Below, piece after piece: positions 1 to 11,390 of a stretch of DNA of 64,000 bases (the first letter of the stretch is position 1; the number at the start of each line of letters is the position of its first letter). The stretch lies in contig OX442314.1 of NCBI GenBank assembly GCA_949358305.1, positions 11,718,001-11,782,000 on the forward strand. The letters are read 5' to 3'. Source of the DNA: Strigamia acuminata. Taxonomy: Eukaryota. The notes below the pieces were generated by a model. It was not told the DNA's origin. It worked only from the letters and a program-made list of their open reading frames with translations, and did no database searches. Made by a program: the position numbers and the translations under genes.

Positions 1-782
1 TTGACCCTCCACAAACCAACCCGGAGGTCTCTCCATCACTAAAGGAATGTCTCCCAACAGCTCCCGCACACGAACATCCCCCCAAAAAAAAAATTTCCAT
101 AAAAATTTCCCCAAACCAAAAAAATTTCTACACAAAACACCCCCCGCCATTTTTTTTGTAGAAAAATGTTTAAAAAAAATTACTAATGACCTGGCGATGC
201 GACACTTGCTACGTAGTGGCGATGACAGGCGCAAGTGGGGGTGGAATCTGCGTCTCAATTAAGGAAGAACGCAAGACAAACGAGATCGACTCGGAAGCCC
301 CCTCGACGCCTAACGAGCACCGACCCCCCACTCGCACGCACTTCTCATTAGACCCTGGCGGCCATTGTGGCAGGACCGAGCAACGCGTCTGTGCGTATTG
401 TCCCCCCTAATTGAAAGGGACACACTAGCGCCCTGTCACGGCGATTGCATTGTACGAGCCTTCGCTCTCAATGATTATATCATGCAGTTTTGACAGGATG
501 CCAGTCCCATTGTCCAATGGCAACCTCTCTCTCTCTCACACACTCTCCCAACAGGTTCCGACTCCTCGCAGCGGTTCCTCGACGCCCACGAGTCTGTCCC
601 ACTTAATTGCAACTCTTCAAACTCCCATCACCGAAATACCAATACGCTTCAGAAATATATTTTGCTTTTCACTTAATGCGTTCCAAAATGTACAGCATTT
701 CGCACATTAAATAACGCTTTTCATAATACAATTGAAAAACTGCATTTAAAAATAATATTGGGACTATACATTTCACAATATA

Positions 783-1061
783 CCGTATTTTACCGATTAA
801 AAGTCGCCCTCGAATTGTAGCCGCGGCTGAGACACCACGAATACCGTATTTTTGCAAAAGTACGATATTGTTTCCGTATTTAACCTCACTAACGATGAAC
901 GTACGCTTCGTTCGTGACGTTCAGACTTCGTTTGTTACATTAAACAAATGTAAAAAACGAAAAACCGAAATTAGACAATTCCTAAATTAGCAACATTTAT
1001 TTCCGCTGTTGTATAATGGCAGTTTTGAATAAAAGCCGCGGCTCTTAATCGATAAATACGG
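783..1061 (+). mobile_element. MITE family A copy 1 (Tc1/mariner superfamily, Tc2/pogo-like CCGTA termini)
   Basis: TA|CCGTATTTTACCGATTAAAAGTCGC ... GCGGCTCTTAATCGATAAATACGG|TA: terminal inverted repeats flanked by TA. Near-identical copies at 6604, 11138 and 61352. Confidence 0.85.
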
Positions 1062-2329
1062 TATTTTACAAAATGTATCACCATTTGCAAACCAAAAGCA
1101 CGCAAAAATATATTACAAAATACATTGCAATGTATTTTTGAACCATATGGGTGCCCCTACATACACATTAATTCAGCACTCCCGACCCCTCACGATTAAT
1201 TCCTATGACCCAAAACGCCTAAAACACATCCATCCAGCGTTCTTCTATTAATCAACACGTCCCCACTGACCTCCTGACTCGCCATTAGCACATTCTTGCG
1301 CAGGAGGACGATTCCCTGGCGTTTCAATTCGAAGAAATCAATGAATCATCCGTTGATTGGAAAATGTCGAGGGGGGAAAAAGAGAAAGCAAAATAGTGAT
1401 AATGTATTAGAGGGGGCGGGGGTACTCTTCACGCACCCTCCTCCCATCGGTTTAAAATTTTAAATCCTCTTTAAATTTTTTATCAATGCAGATTTAGCAC
1501 GGGGCAGTCAAATGTGAGGAAAAATAATTTACTTGATGCGTGTGTCATTGAGTTTGTCTTGAGCAGCCCCCGATCGCGGCTTCTTGTTGGCGCATCATTT
1601 CCAATTACTGCGGGCAGAAAGAGAGGCGCAAGTGGTTGCGGCAGATGTCTTTGGAGTTGGTTAATTGGGTTGGAAAATGAAGAAACGCAGGGTGCCACCA
1701 ATGTGTAAAATATTGGTGTTTGGTACGGAGGTTTAAGATGGGTGCGCATGAGCAATGGCATCGGTTTGGTTCAATTTAAACGGAGCCAAAATGGCGGAGG
1801 AAGAGTTGCACGCAATTTTCTTGTTTCTTTATACGAGTCAGATTTCCAGGCTGAAGGGGAGAGGTGAGAACAGGGCTCAAGTTGACGCGACTCACACTTC
1901 GTGCACGCACATCACGCTTGGACGCAGGTGAGAGGTAGGAGGAAATGGGGGTTAGGTGTTGTGACAACTAAAATTTTGGATTTGGCTTGAAATAATTTCT
2001 AGCATTTTTTTTTTTTTTTTTTTAATTTATATAAAAATTGATTAAAACTTCTTTAAATATTTTTTTTTATTATAAAATATCAAGTATATTTCCAAATTTT
2101 ATTTGTTAAGTGAAATCTAAAAGCAATTTTATTTATATTTGCTCAGGATCGCGTTAGGATGAGTCCCGGAATGTCAAAGTTTAATTTTTTAAAACGTTTT
2201 TAAGTTTTTAGACCGTTAATACAAATGCGGCTAAGGAGTTTTCAAGTTAGAAAAATTCTTTGCCATCCATTTAGTATAAACCAATATGATAACAAAAAGT
2301 GTTGCGCGCAGGGCCCCTTGGTTATATTT

Positions 2330-2830
2330 TGTACGAAAAATTCAAGTTTGATAAATAAAAATAAAATTTTGTTTAAAAAATTCAGTCATGTGCCAAAAAA
2401 AATTCAGATTTGAAACAAAAAATTTAAAATTTTATTCAAAAAATTAAAATAATTAAAATTTATACATAAAATGCAACAAAAATCCAAATTATACATTAAA
2501 AACTTCAAAAAACATGCCAATCATGCTAAAAATTCCAAGTTTAAAAAAAAAACTACTATTTTAAAAATAAAAAAAAATCAATTTTTATATAAAACATTCA
2601 AATCTTCCACCATTTCAGAACATTTATTCCCAAAAAACTCCTCCAAATCCAAAATTTCACCTCAAAATTATAAAAATTCAAAACTTCATAAAACAAACCC
2701 CAAATTCCACGAAACATCAAACTTAAATTTAAACAAAAAAAAAACATTAAACAAAAAAATTAAACAAACCTTTATTTAATTTCCAAAATTTTGCCAGACC
2801 CGACCACATCCAAAACATTAAAATTTCTCC
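2330..2830. repeat. Degenerate A-tract-phased low-complexity repeat
   Basis: AAAA(A)TT clusters recur about every 10/20 bp. The K-rich ORF 2471-2779 is a compositional artefact. Confidence 0.6.
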
Positions 2831-3853
2831 ACCAACAACGAGCACCGCAGAGACCCAGCAAGCGGCCATTCCTTCCCTGCAACTTGTAAATAATTTGCAA
2901 CACGGCCCCAACAGCTTCGCCTTAATCCTCATACCAATTTTAACTCTATGAATAAATGATGCCCGAGCTTATGACACACTGCAGCGAGATCAAACATTCC
3001 AGTTGATAAATGAATCCGGCAGACAGATGATACGCAATAAATTTTACATCAAAAATCCTCATCCAATATCACCCAAAAAAATATATATATTGCAGCGTTC
3101 CTCGCATGTTCGAGCCAAAAACTTGGATAAAAGTGAGAGAGACAAATGAAATTACGTTGGCAAAAGAAAATACAATCGAAATTTGAGGCGGAAAACGAGA
3201 GGAAAACGCACGTTCAGGTCTCTTGGGGCAGTACCTGCGCCATGTTTCCACGTCGGCGGCACCCGAGTCGAGTTCAAAGCCCACAGTCACGTACGAACCG
3301 GTCATGGTCAGATGCCCACAGCCATATGAGAAACCTAAAACTCCAACAAAATGGCCGCATCAAAGGGGCAAAATGTTTCTCGAGGTTTAATCCGGCTGCC
3401 AAATTGCGCTAAAACAATCCCGAGACGATTGTTTCGTGCTGTCCGGATGGAATTTTATTTTTTGCTACACATTTACGGCACTGCCCATGGTCACGTGATG
3501 TTTGATAAGAGGCACAAAGTGGAGTGGAAGCATCGCAAGCACAATTAACACTAAATGCATCTTAGTGTTTATTCTTGCTTATCGCACAAAACCACATTTT
3601 TAAGAGTGATTGGCTGTTTTTTTGTTGAGAGATGTTTACTTATACACTTTTTACGTTATAGTGATAGCAATTTCTGTGTTTACATGGCCACTGTTTTCTG
3701 GAAAGGTAAGAATTTTACTTTTTTGGAAAACTGATCATGTAAACATGACCGATTTGCGCAAAAGTCTAGTCCGAAAAACGAATTTCCACTCGTATAATGT
3801 AGATTTTTGATGTTTTGCGCATTGCCGTTTGTGAGGATTTATTAAATACGTTA

Positions 3854-4384
3854 GAGTCGAGCCTCGATTATCCGAACAAATTGGGGACGCGGGTCTTCAT
3901 AAAACCAAATTGTTCGGATAATCAAACATTAGGCTTATACACATACTGTACCACACATGAAAATAAAGAGTCATTAAAATATACTTTAAAAGCTTTAAAA
4001 TCAACCAAAAATGGATAAAAACCGTCAAAAAACATTAAAAACCGTTTAAGAATAAGTGAAAATTGTCAAATAACATTAAAAACCGTTTGAAAATAAGTGC
4101 AAATTGTCAAATAACATTAAAAACCGTTTAAAAATAGGTAAAAATTGTCAAATAACATTAGAAACTGATTAAAAATAGGTTAAAATCGTCAAAAAACATT
4201 AAAAAACCGGTTAAAAATAGGTAAAAATCGTCAAAAAACATTTAAAACCGGTTAAGAATAGGTGAAAATCATCAAAAAACATTAAAAACCGATTAAAAAA
4301 CCAATAAAAATCGGTAAAAAATGCTGTTCGGATAACCGATCGTTCGTATATAACCCCCATGTTCCGATAACTGAGGCTCTACTG
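3854..4384. mobile_element. MITE (pogo/Tigger-like, CAGT-type termini) carrying an internal 41-bp tandem array
   Basis: Left end TA|GAGTCGAGCCTCGATTATCCGAACA; right-end reverse complement TA|CAGTAGAGCCTCAGTTATCGGAACA. Internal ACCGTTT recurs at 4041, 4082 and 4123 (period 41). Confidence 0.75.
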
Positions 4385-5239
4385 TATTCTAAATGACTGT
4401 CCACGCACGCAAGTTTACCATTCCAAGATTCTGATTTGTGCTGAAACGTCACTATATTTACTCAATTCATCCCGATAAAATAAATTAAACGTCTCTTCCC
4501 CCTCGTATTATATTATTCTAACTAATCTTCCCAACACATCAATATTTCCATACTTTTATCTCCAACACCTGGTGTCTTAACGGCGCTTTGCTTAGGCTCT
4601 CAAAACAGCATGACTTTCACTTCTGTCCATAAACCTTCATCCGATATCCCTCTCGTATAATCCCTTGCACAACATTTCATTCCTTTCCGCACACTAACGA
4701 AGGATATTGTCAAAGGATTTTCATCCCGAAGGAAAAAAAAGTAAAAATAAATATCAAATGAAATGCATATAATTCGGCTTTCTTTCAACACATTTCAAAA
4801 GAAATTTTTTTTTTCAAAAAAAAAAAAAGAATGCCATCTTTTATAATGAGTTTCTCTTCTCACGTCGGCTCTTAAAAATATTTGTACAATTTTTTTTTGC
4901 CACTTCATAACACCCTATAAGATTAAACTCGCATGTGCGACGATGATTCGAACCCAGGTGTAAAAGTTCCTGTCTATCTTGGCACTTCATCTGCTATTTA
5001 ATCCCGGGTTTGAACACTTGCACACATACACTGCAGTTACAGCTGGAGAAAGCAAGGTCAGTCAAACAACAACATTCATATTTTACAATAAAATCTGCTC
5101 TGTTTTTTGTGATAATCATTGAGTTTTGCTTTGATTTCTCTTAACTTTTTGGCTTTTATTGTGGTTTTTGTAATTTTTTGGGTTGTGCGTTTATTTATTA
5201 TAATTCTTTGGTTTTATTTTGTTATTTCTTGTAATTTTG

Positions 5240-5500
5240 GTGTTTTTGAATGATTTCTTGGTGTTTTTGAATGATTTCTTGGTGTTTTTGAATGATTTCT
5301 TGGTATTTTTGAATGATTTCTTGGTGTTTTTGGAATGATTTCTTGAAATTATTTGGTGTTTTTGAATGATTTCTTGAAATTATTAGGTGTTTTTGAATGA
5401 TTTCTTGAAATTATTTGGTGTTTTTGAGTGATTTATTAAAATTATTTGGTGTTTTTTGAGTGATTTATTGAAATTATTTGTTGTTTATGAGTGATTTCTT
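5240..5500. repeat. Minisatellite, 21-bp unit grading into a 31-bp unit
   Basis: (GTGTTTTTGAATGATTTCTTG)n, then (GTGTTTTTGAATGATTTCTTGAAATTATTTG)n. Confidence 0.9.
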
Positions 5501-6603
5501 ATAATTTTCTGCTTTTTTGTGATTTCTTGTAATATCTGTTGATAGAATACAAAATTTAAGCAAATTTAACCAAAAACTCATCCAAATTATTCAATTTTAA
5601 ATCTAAAACCCGACCCAAACCATTTAAAAACATCAATTTGACTCCATTTTATTCCAAAAACACCCAAAAATCCTCATTATTAAAAAAATTAACAAAATAA
5701 AAAAATAAATAAAAAAAACCTAGAAACCTTTTATGTCATAAAAACACCCCAAGAAAACTTTGCTCCACGTCCAGTCTCCCGAGATCATTTCCCAACAGCC
5801 AAAATTCCCTCGCGACACCGACATGCCGAGAGTCGTTGTGTCAACTCGCGTCCATTAGGACCTGATTAAAGGCCTTTATTAAATTCCCGCCTTGCAAACC
5901 AATCCGACCCTGGGGCGAGCGCCTCATTTCTGACACGTGCACAATGCGCGCATTGATGGATACGCTACAACTTCATCCTCCTCGTGTCTTTAACAGGTGG
6001 CAATCAGTCCCCAGCCTCCGATTTTTTCCTTTTCTTTTCCCCACCCCCGCATCGCACTCGAAACGCGAAATGTGTTTAACGGGCTCCCGAAAATACCTTC
6101 AACTGCCACGCTCATCAAAATAAGCTAAATTGAGGTCTGCAGCCGTCAATCACTTTTCTTTTCAATCAATTTGACACAACTCAAGCAAGCCAGGGCCATT
6201 GCAACCTCTTGAACCGACCCGGTCAAGTAAACGAACGCCCCCACAGTAGCTGCAAGAACCCTGCATGTGCCACCACAGAGGGTGTTGTCTTCGTCACCCT
6301 CCATCACTCACGCTCATCCCTAGCTCTTTGTAGCCTACGTCTGCTCGGATGAGAAACTTGAGCTTTGACAATTCCAAAGTCGCGCCCTTCCTTCGTCAAC
6401 CACGAGGTGTCGTCTCACAGGAAACGCACGACAACCCTGTCAACAGTGTTGACAGCTTCGTCAATTGCATCCTTCGTAATTTTTTTGCGCCAACATGACA
6501 TTCAACTTGTCTGCATACAAAACAAAAAAGGTAAATGTGTTTGGAATGAGAGAGACGAATTCAATCAGAACTACGCAAAGTTGAATTGTGAAGTAGTATG
6601 TTA

Positions 6604-6856
6604 CCATATTTTACCGATTAAGAGTCGCCCTCGAATAGTAGCCGCGGCTGAGACACCAAGAACACCGTATTTTTGCAAAAGTACGGTATTGTTTCTGAAT
6701 TTAACCTCACGAAGGATGATCGTACGCTTCGTTCGTGACGTTCAGACTTCGTTTGCTACAGTAAACAAATGTAACAAACGAAAAACCGAAATTGTAATTG
6801 CTGACAAAAATGGCAGTTTTGAATAAGAGCCGCGGCTCTTGATTGATAAAATACGA
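6604..6856 (+). mobile_element. MITE family A copy 2
   Basis: TA|CCATATTTTACCGATTAAGAGTCGC ... GCGGCTCTTGATTGATAAAATACGA|TA, colinear with copy 1. Confidence 0.85.
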
Positions 6857-8081
6857 TATTTATGTTTTTCTTTTTTTAATCTTGCTTTCGAAGTAGATTT
6901 TATTTGTCCAGTAGCAATATTTGAGTTGTGATCATCTCTTGGACAAAAACACGTGTCTGCACATCACGTACTGCGCATTTAACCTAGAGATTGTCAAGCT
7001 TGTTGCAGCAAAGAAAATAAAGCAACAACATTTCGGTAAGTACGTTTGTTAACGAGTTTATTGTGGTTTGTTTACTTTATTTTAGCATTACTATGACTAA
7101 TGTTAGGCTAAATAACGACTGGAATTAGAAAATCAACTGCGCAGAATGGGATGTGAAGTGTGAATCTGGCATTAAGACGCCCAGCGCGAACTGTAAGTTG
7201 TGGTTTCTCTTTTTCTAGTTTTGGTTAGGGTTTATGACCACTTTTGTGTCCATTCCCTTATTAAAACATTTGGCTTAAATCGGACAGAAACTCTGATTTT
7301 GATTTTTACTCTCACAATAAACATCACAAAATACGCTTAGAAAATTAAAATACACTTTAATTGTATCTTTATTTTTTTAAAACTTAATTGAATACTTGAT
7401 TTTTAGAAATAACAGGTAATGAATTTAGTGTTTGAATTTGGTATCAAGATATCGGCATCTTTTCAAATAAAACCGAACCAAAACTGATCTGATCGGTTTT
7501 AAATCAAACCACTTCAATCACAAAGTTAGTGACAATGACAATTGACGACAACTTCTGCCCTTCCGTTTCATGTAAACCACAAAAATTTCAATGAAGTTTG
7601 TGGCGATATTGACAAGTCACCATGCAAATAAAATATATTTACTAATTCCGGCAACGTAAAGGCGACCATATATCCCGGTTTTCAGCCTCTTGTCCTGGTG
7701 ACCTGAAACGAGGCTTTGGGACGGGTCTCTTCATTTCATTGCCTTCATTTTGTCGCCTATCATTTCGTCGCCATTTTTAGCAAGTTTTTTCACTCTGTCC
7801 CAGTTAAGGTGTGGTGAGCGCACACTGAGCAGGGAACTTGCGTTAGAAGCCCGAGTTGACCGAAGCGACAAAATCATAGACGACGAAATGGCCTTATAAC
7901 ACGGTTTATAAAACTTTTTAAAATAATTTTTTTTTTTAATTTATGAAATTAAAATTTTTTTCCTACTTTTTAATCATCCCATAGATCTGACAAATATTGG
8001 CTAGATGGCCAAATGTTAACTTGGATAATTTGTAGTAACTAAAAACATCAAATTTAGTTATTTATTTCGTTTAATTTATGA

Positions 8082-8322
8082 CAGGGTTGTCCAACATCCT
8101 GGCTTCCCTGAGCTACATTGGAAGAAGAGGAATTGTCTTGAGCCACACATAAAATACAGTATCTAACGATAGCTGATGAGCAAAAAAAACGTGATATACA
8201 GTATACACAAGTAAAAATGTCCTCGCATAATAATCCTACTTTTAATGCTGTTTGCTGTCCAAAGAAAACAAAAATCTCTAAGTCTGTTCGGTCACATTCG
8301 GGCCGTGGGTTGGACACCCCTG
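8082..8322 (+). mobile_element. Non-autonomous hAT (Charlie-type) element, MER30-like
   Basis: TIRs CAGGGTTGTCCAA / TTGGACACCCCTG; 8-bp TSD ATTTATGA/ATATATGA (7/8). The 5' ~110 bp closely resembles the MER30 consensus as I recall it. Confidence 0.8.
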
Positions 8323-8629
8323 ATATATGACAACTGGTATCATCGATATATTTTCGAGACATACTTGTATTTATACCAACAAAAATTTTTTAACGTGTAA
8401 ACAACCGGATTAACCCCAATTTTAAAATCAAAGGCTGCACGTGCACAACCGAGGGGTACGACATTCAGCCGCTTCTTGGACAAATCCAAATGCCGAATTC
8501 CATTGAATCCAAATCTTCTACACTCTAAAAAAATTTTAGTTGGCTCAGAGACAGCTAAACAATTTAGTAGAATTAACTAACTAAACTTAGTTAAGGCCAA
8601 CAAAATCCTAAAGTTGTCTTTAACTAGAC

Positions 8630-8960
8630 CAGGGTTGCCCAAACAATGAAGCGCGCCTCACTGGTGGGGCACGAGCTGATTATTGGTGGGGCACGAGCTG
8701 ATTATTGGTGGGGCGTACCCATCATACATGCCTAAATAAAACAAGCTTATTTTGCAAACTTTTGTAAATTTTTAGGCAAAATTATATAAAATTATATAAA
8801 AAATTATACAAAGTTTTATGCAAAATTATATAAAAATTTCTTTTTTTCTTTTTAGTAGTATATTTTTTAAAAATTGAATGCACTGGTAGATGAAGTGGGG
8901 CGCAGAAGATCGCCTTGCTTAAAAAGTGAGGCGCGATGATAAAAAGTTTTGGAACCCCTG
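8630..8960. mobile_element. Non-autonomous hAT (Charlie-type) MITE
   Basis: TIRs CAGGGTTGCCCAAAC / GTTTTGGAACCCCTG; 8-bp TSD AACTAGAC/CACTAGAC (7/8, CTAG core typical of Charlie). Internal tandem TGGTGGGGCACGAGCTGATTAT. Confidence 0.85.
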
Positions 8961-9621
8961 CACTAGACGCATTCATAGTCATTTAAACTTGTTTATATTT
9001 TTTAAACCAGCCTAAATTTAAAATTTTACTTCTAACCCTTCCGTATCCCATCCAATCTCAAAAATTTGGACATCAAGAATCTGTGTCGTATCCCGCCGCA
9101 CACAACGCACAAAATCCCTTAAAATTGTCCTACAAAAGACGATCTTATCAAATAGTTGCTGTAAAAAATTTCAAACCGCCAAATATTTCGTCAATTTCGG
9201 AGAGCACAAAGGGCAATGACATCACCCTATTGTCTTTGCCCGAAAAGGTTACCTTGCCAAGCTTACTCGACAAGAACTACCGCCCTATCAAACAAATTGT
9301 TTCTTCCGAATGAATCATTTTATACCACCTAAGCACGTGTCCCACTTTATCTAGATAATTGTGATGTTATCTACCAACATCAGCATCACGGCATCACAAC
9401 ACCAGCAATGTTAGTTCATGTTGTTAATGATAAGCAAATAAACTGCACCAAAAATGCTCTTAATTAAAATATATATCCATCATCTATCTCAAAGCACACT
9501 GTCTTTGTGATTATAATAAAGTGATTTTAATGACATTAATGGTGCTCTCAACTACAAACAATTAATCAAAACCATTGACCTCTCCATCAAACAATCATCT
9601 TCAGTGGTCAAACAAAACGAT

Positions 9622-10020
9622 TACCTTAAATACTCGAATAGAACACCCGTGCTGTATTGACAGAACCTATAGATTTTGACCGTAACTTATTGAATTCAAT
9701 CGTTCATTGAATTCAATCGTTCGGTCAATTTCCATTTAATTCAGAGTTCTTTATCAATTTATATATTTATTTTAGTCGTTTTGTTCAATTTATACATTTA
9801 TTTTAGTCGTTTTGTTCAATTTGTACATTTATTTTAGTCGTTTTGTTCAATTTGTACATTTATTTTAGCCGTTTTGTTCAATTTGTACATTTATTTTAGC
9901 CGTTTTGTTCAATTTGTACATTTATTTTAGCCGTTTTGTTCAATTTGTACATTTATTTTAGCCGTTTTGTTCAATTTGTACATTTATTTTAATCGTTTTG
10001 GTCAATTTAGGCGTTAAAAT
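9622..10020 (+). repeat. Dispersed repeat family B with an expanded 31-bp minisatellite
   Basis: Head TACCTTAAATACTCGAATAGAACACCCGTGCTGTATTGACAGAAC is shared with 55842. Array (TTTTGTTCAATTTGTACATTTATTTTAGCCG)n at ~9770-10000. Confidence 0.75.
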
Positions 10021-11137
10021 CCAGTCGTATATTAAGTACATTTTTTAAAATAATTTTTTCAATTCTCAAAGGTCACTTAATTACTATCCCATCCTGAATT
10101 TTTCAGCCACAATAAAATGATCATGGAAAAAGCTTTCCACAACATCAGAATGATGAATGATTAGATTAATAGTACATCAACTTCTTTTAAATTTTATTCA
10201 AAAGAAAAAAAGAAAAGAAAAGAAAAGATGAGTTAGAGGGGAGTAAATGCAGGTTTCCTTCCAGCGAGGTTGATGAGTTGGGATCTCGAATGAGTGTTAA
10301 GAGTGTGTAGAAGTGCGAGAGGTGGAGGGAGGGGTGGAATCGAGTTTCGCCTCTGTTACTGGCGCCATCTATCTTCGAGTAAGGGCAAGGACATTGGAGA
10401 TGACAGCGAGTTGAAGGAGCCTTCTGATTACTTCATCGTCGGACGCCCACATTTCCCACCGAGATGCAACCATTTTTCACGTGTTACCGGGCGAGCTCCT
10501 GCTGCGCAAATGACACGGATTAAAACAGGTAATTATCGGATAAAATCCCGCCAGAACTGACGTGCCATATTACCCGGCCAACGTTGCTCGTCGTTTTCAA
10601 TTTCTCACCATTTTCGGTCATAATTTTTACCGCTTTTCGATAGAAATTAGAAACAACTGTTTTGTTTGTTGCGATGTCGTTTTCATCGAGTTCTTCCTCC
10701 AACTGATGCTGCTGCTGCTTTGATTAATGATTTTGCCCAAACAAGAAGAGCAAAGCAATTAAACTGCCTCGAACCTGATCGTTACCACCCGACGTCTCTT
10801 TCTTATTTTTTAAACAGAAAAAATAAAAGCAGAATTATTTTAATTTTGAAATTTAAATTTAAAGTTATATTCTAGTTCTAGAAAAAATTTAACATCGGAA
10901 TTTCGGGTTTTTGACTGCAACATTTCTCCCAAAACTGACATGGGAGTACAATGCTTCGACTGTGCTGTCACCTATTGACAGCATTTGTTACCAATTTTCT
11001 GAGAACGTGCAAATATCAAGGCAACGAGAGCCAAATGAATAACCTCGTTTCCACCTAAGAATACGACGTATTTTATGTCATATTGTGCTTAACTTTAAGC
11101 AATCAGTTGTGTCATTTATAAGTTTCTTTAACATCGA

Positions 11138-11390
11138 CTGTATTTTATCGATTAAGAGCCGCGGCTCTTATTCAAAACTGCCATTTTTGTCAGCAATTAC
11201 AATTTAGGTTTTTAGTTTGTTACATTTGTTTAATGTAACAAACGAAGTCTGAACGTCACGAACGAAGCGTACATTCATCGTTCGTGAGGTTAAATACAGA
11301 AACAATACCATACTTTTGCAAAAATACGGTATTCTTGGTGTCTCAGCCGCGGCTACTATTCAAGAGCGACTCTTAATCAGTAAAATACGG
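11138..11390 (-). mobile_element. MITE family A copy 3 (inverted)
   Basis: Reverse complement of copy 2; ends ...TAAAATACGG|TA. Confidence 0.85.

Noticed and set aside
4940..4960. tRNA/SINE B-box (GGTTCGAATC on the minus strand)
   Set aside because: No A-box or cloverleaf could be built.
6365..6826. 153-aa ORF
   Set aside because: Runs through MITE family A, has a non-ATG start and shows no recognisable motif.
8520..8629. CACTCTAAAAAA CMC/EnSpm-like left end interrupted by the hAT
   Set aside because: No matching right end found.
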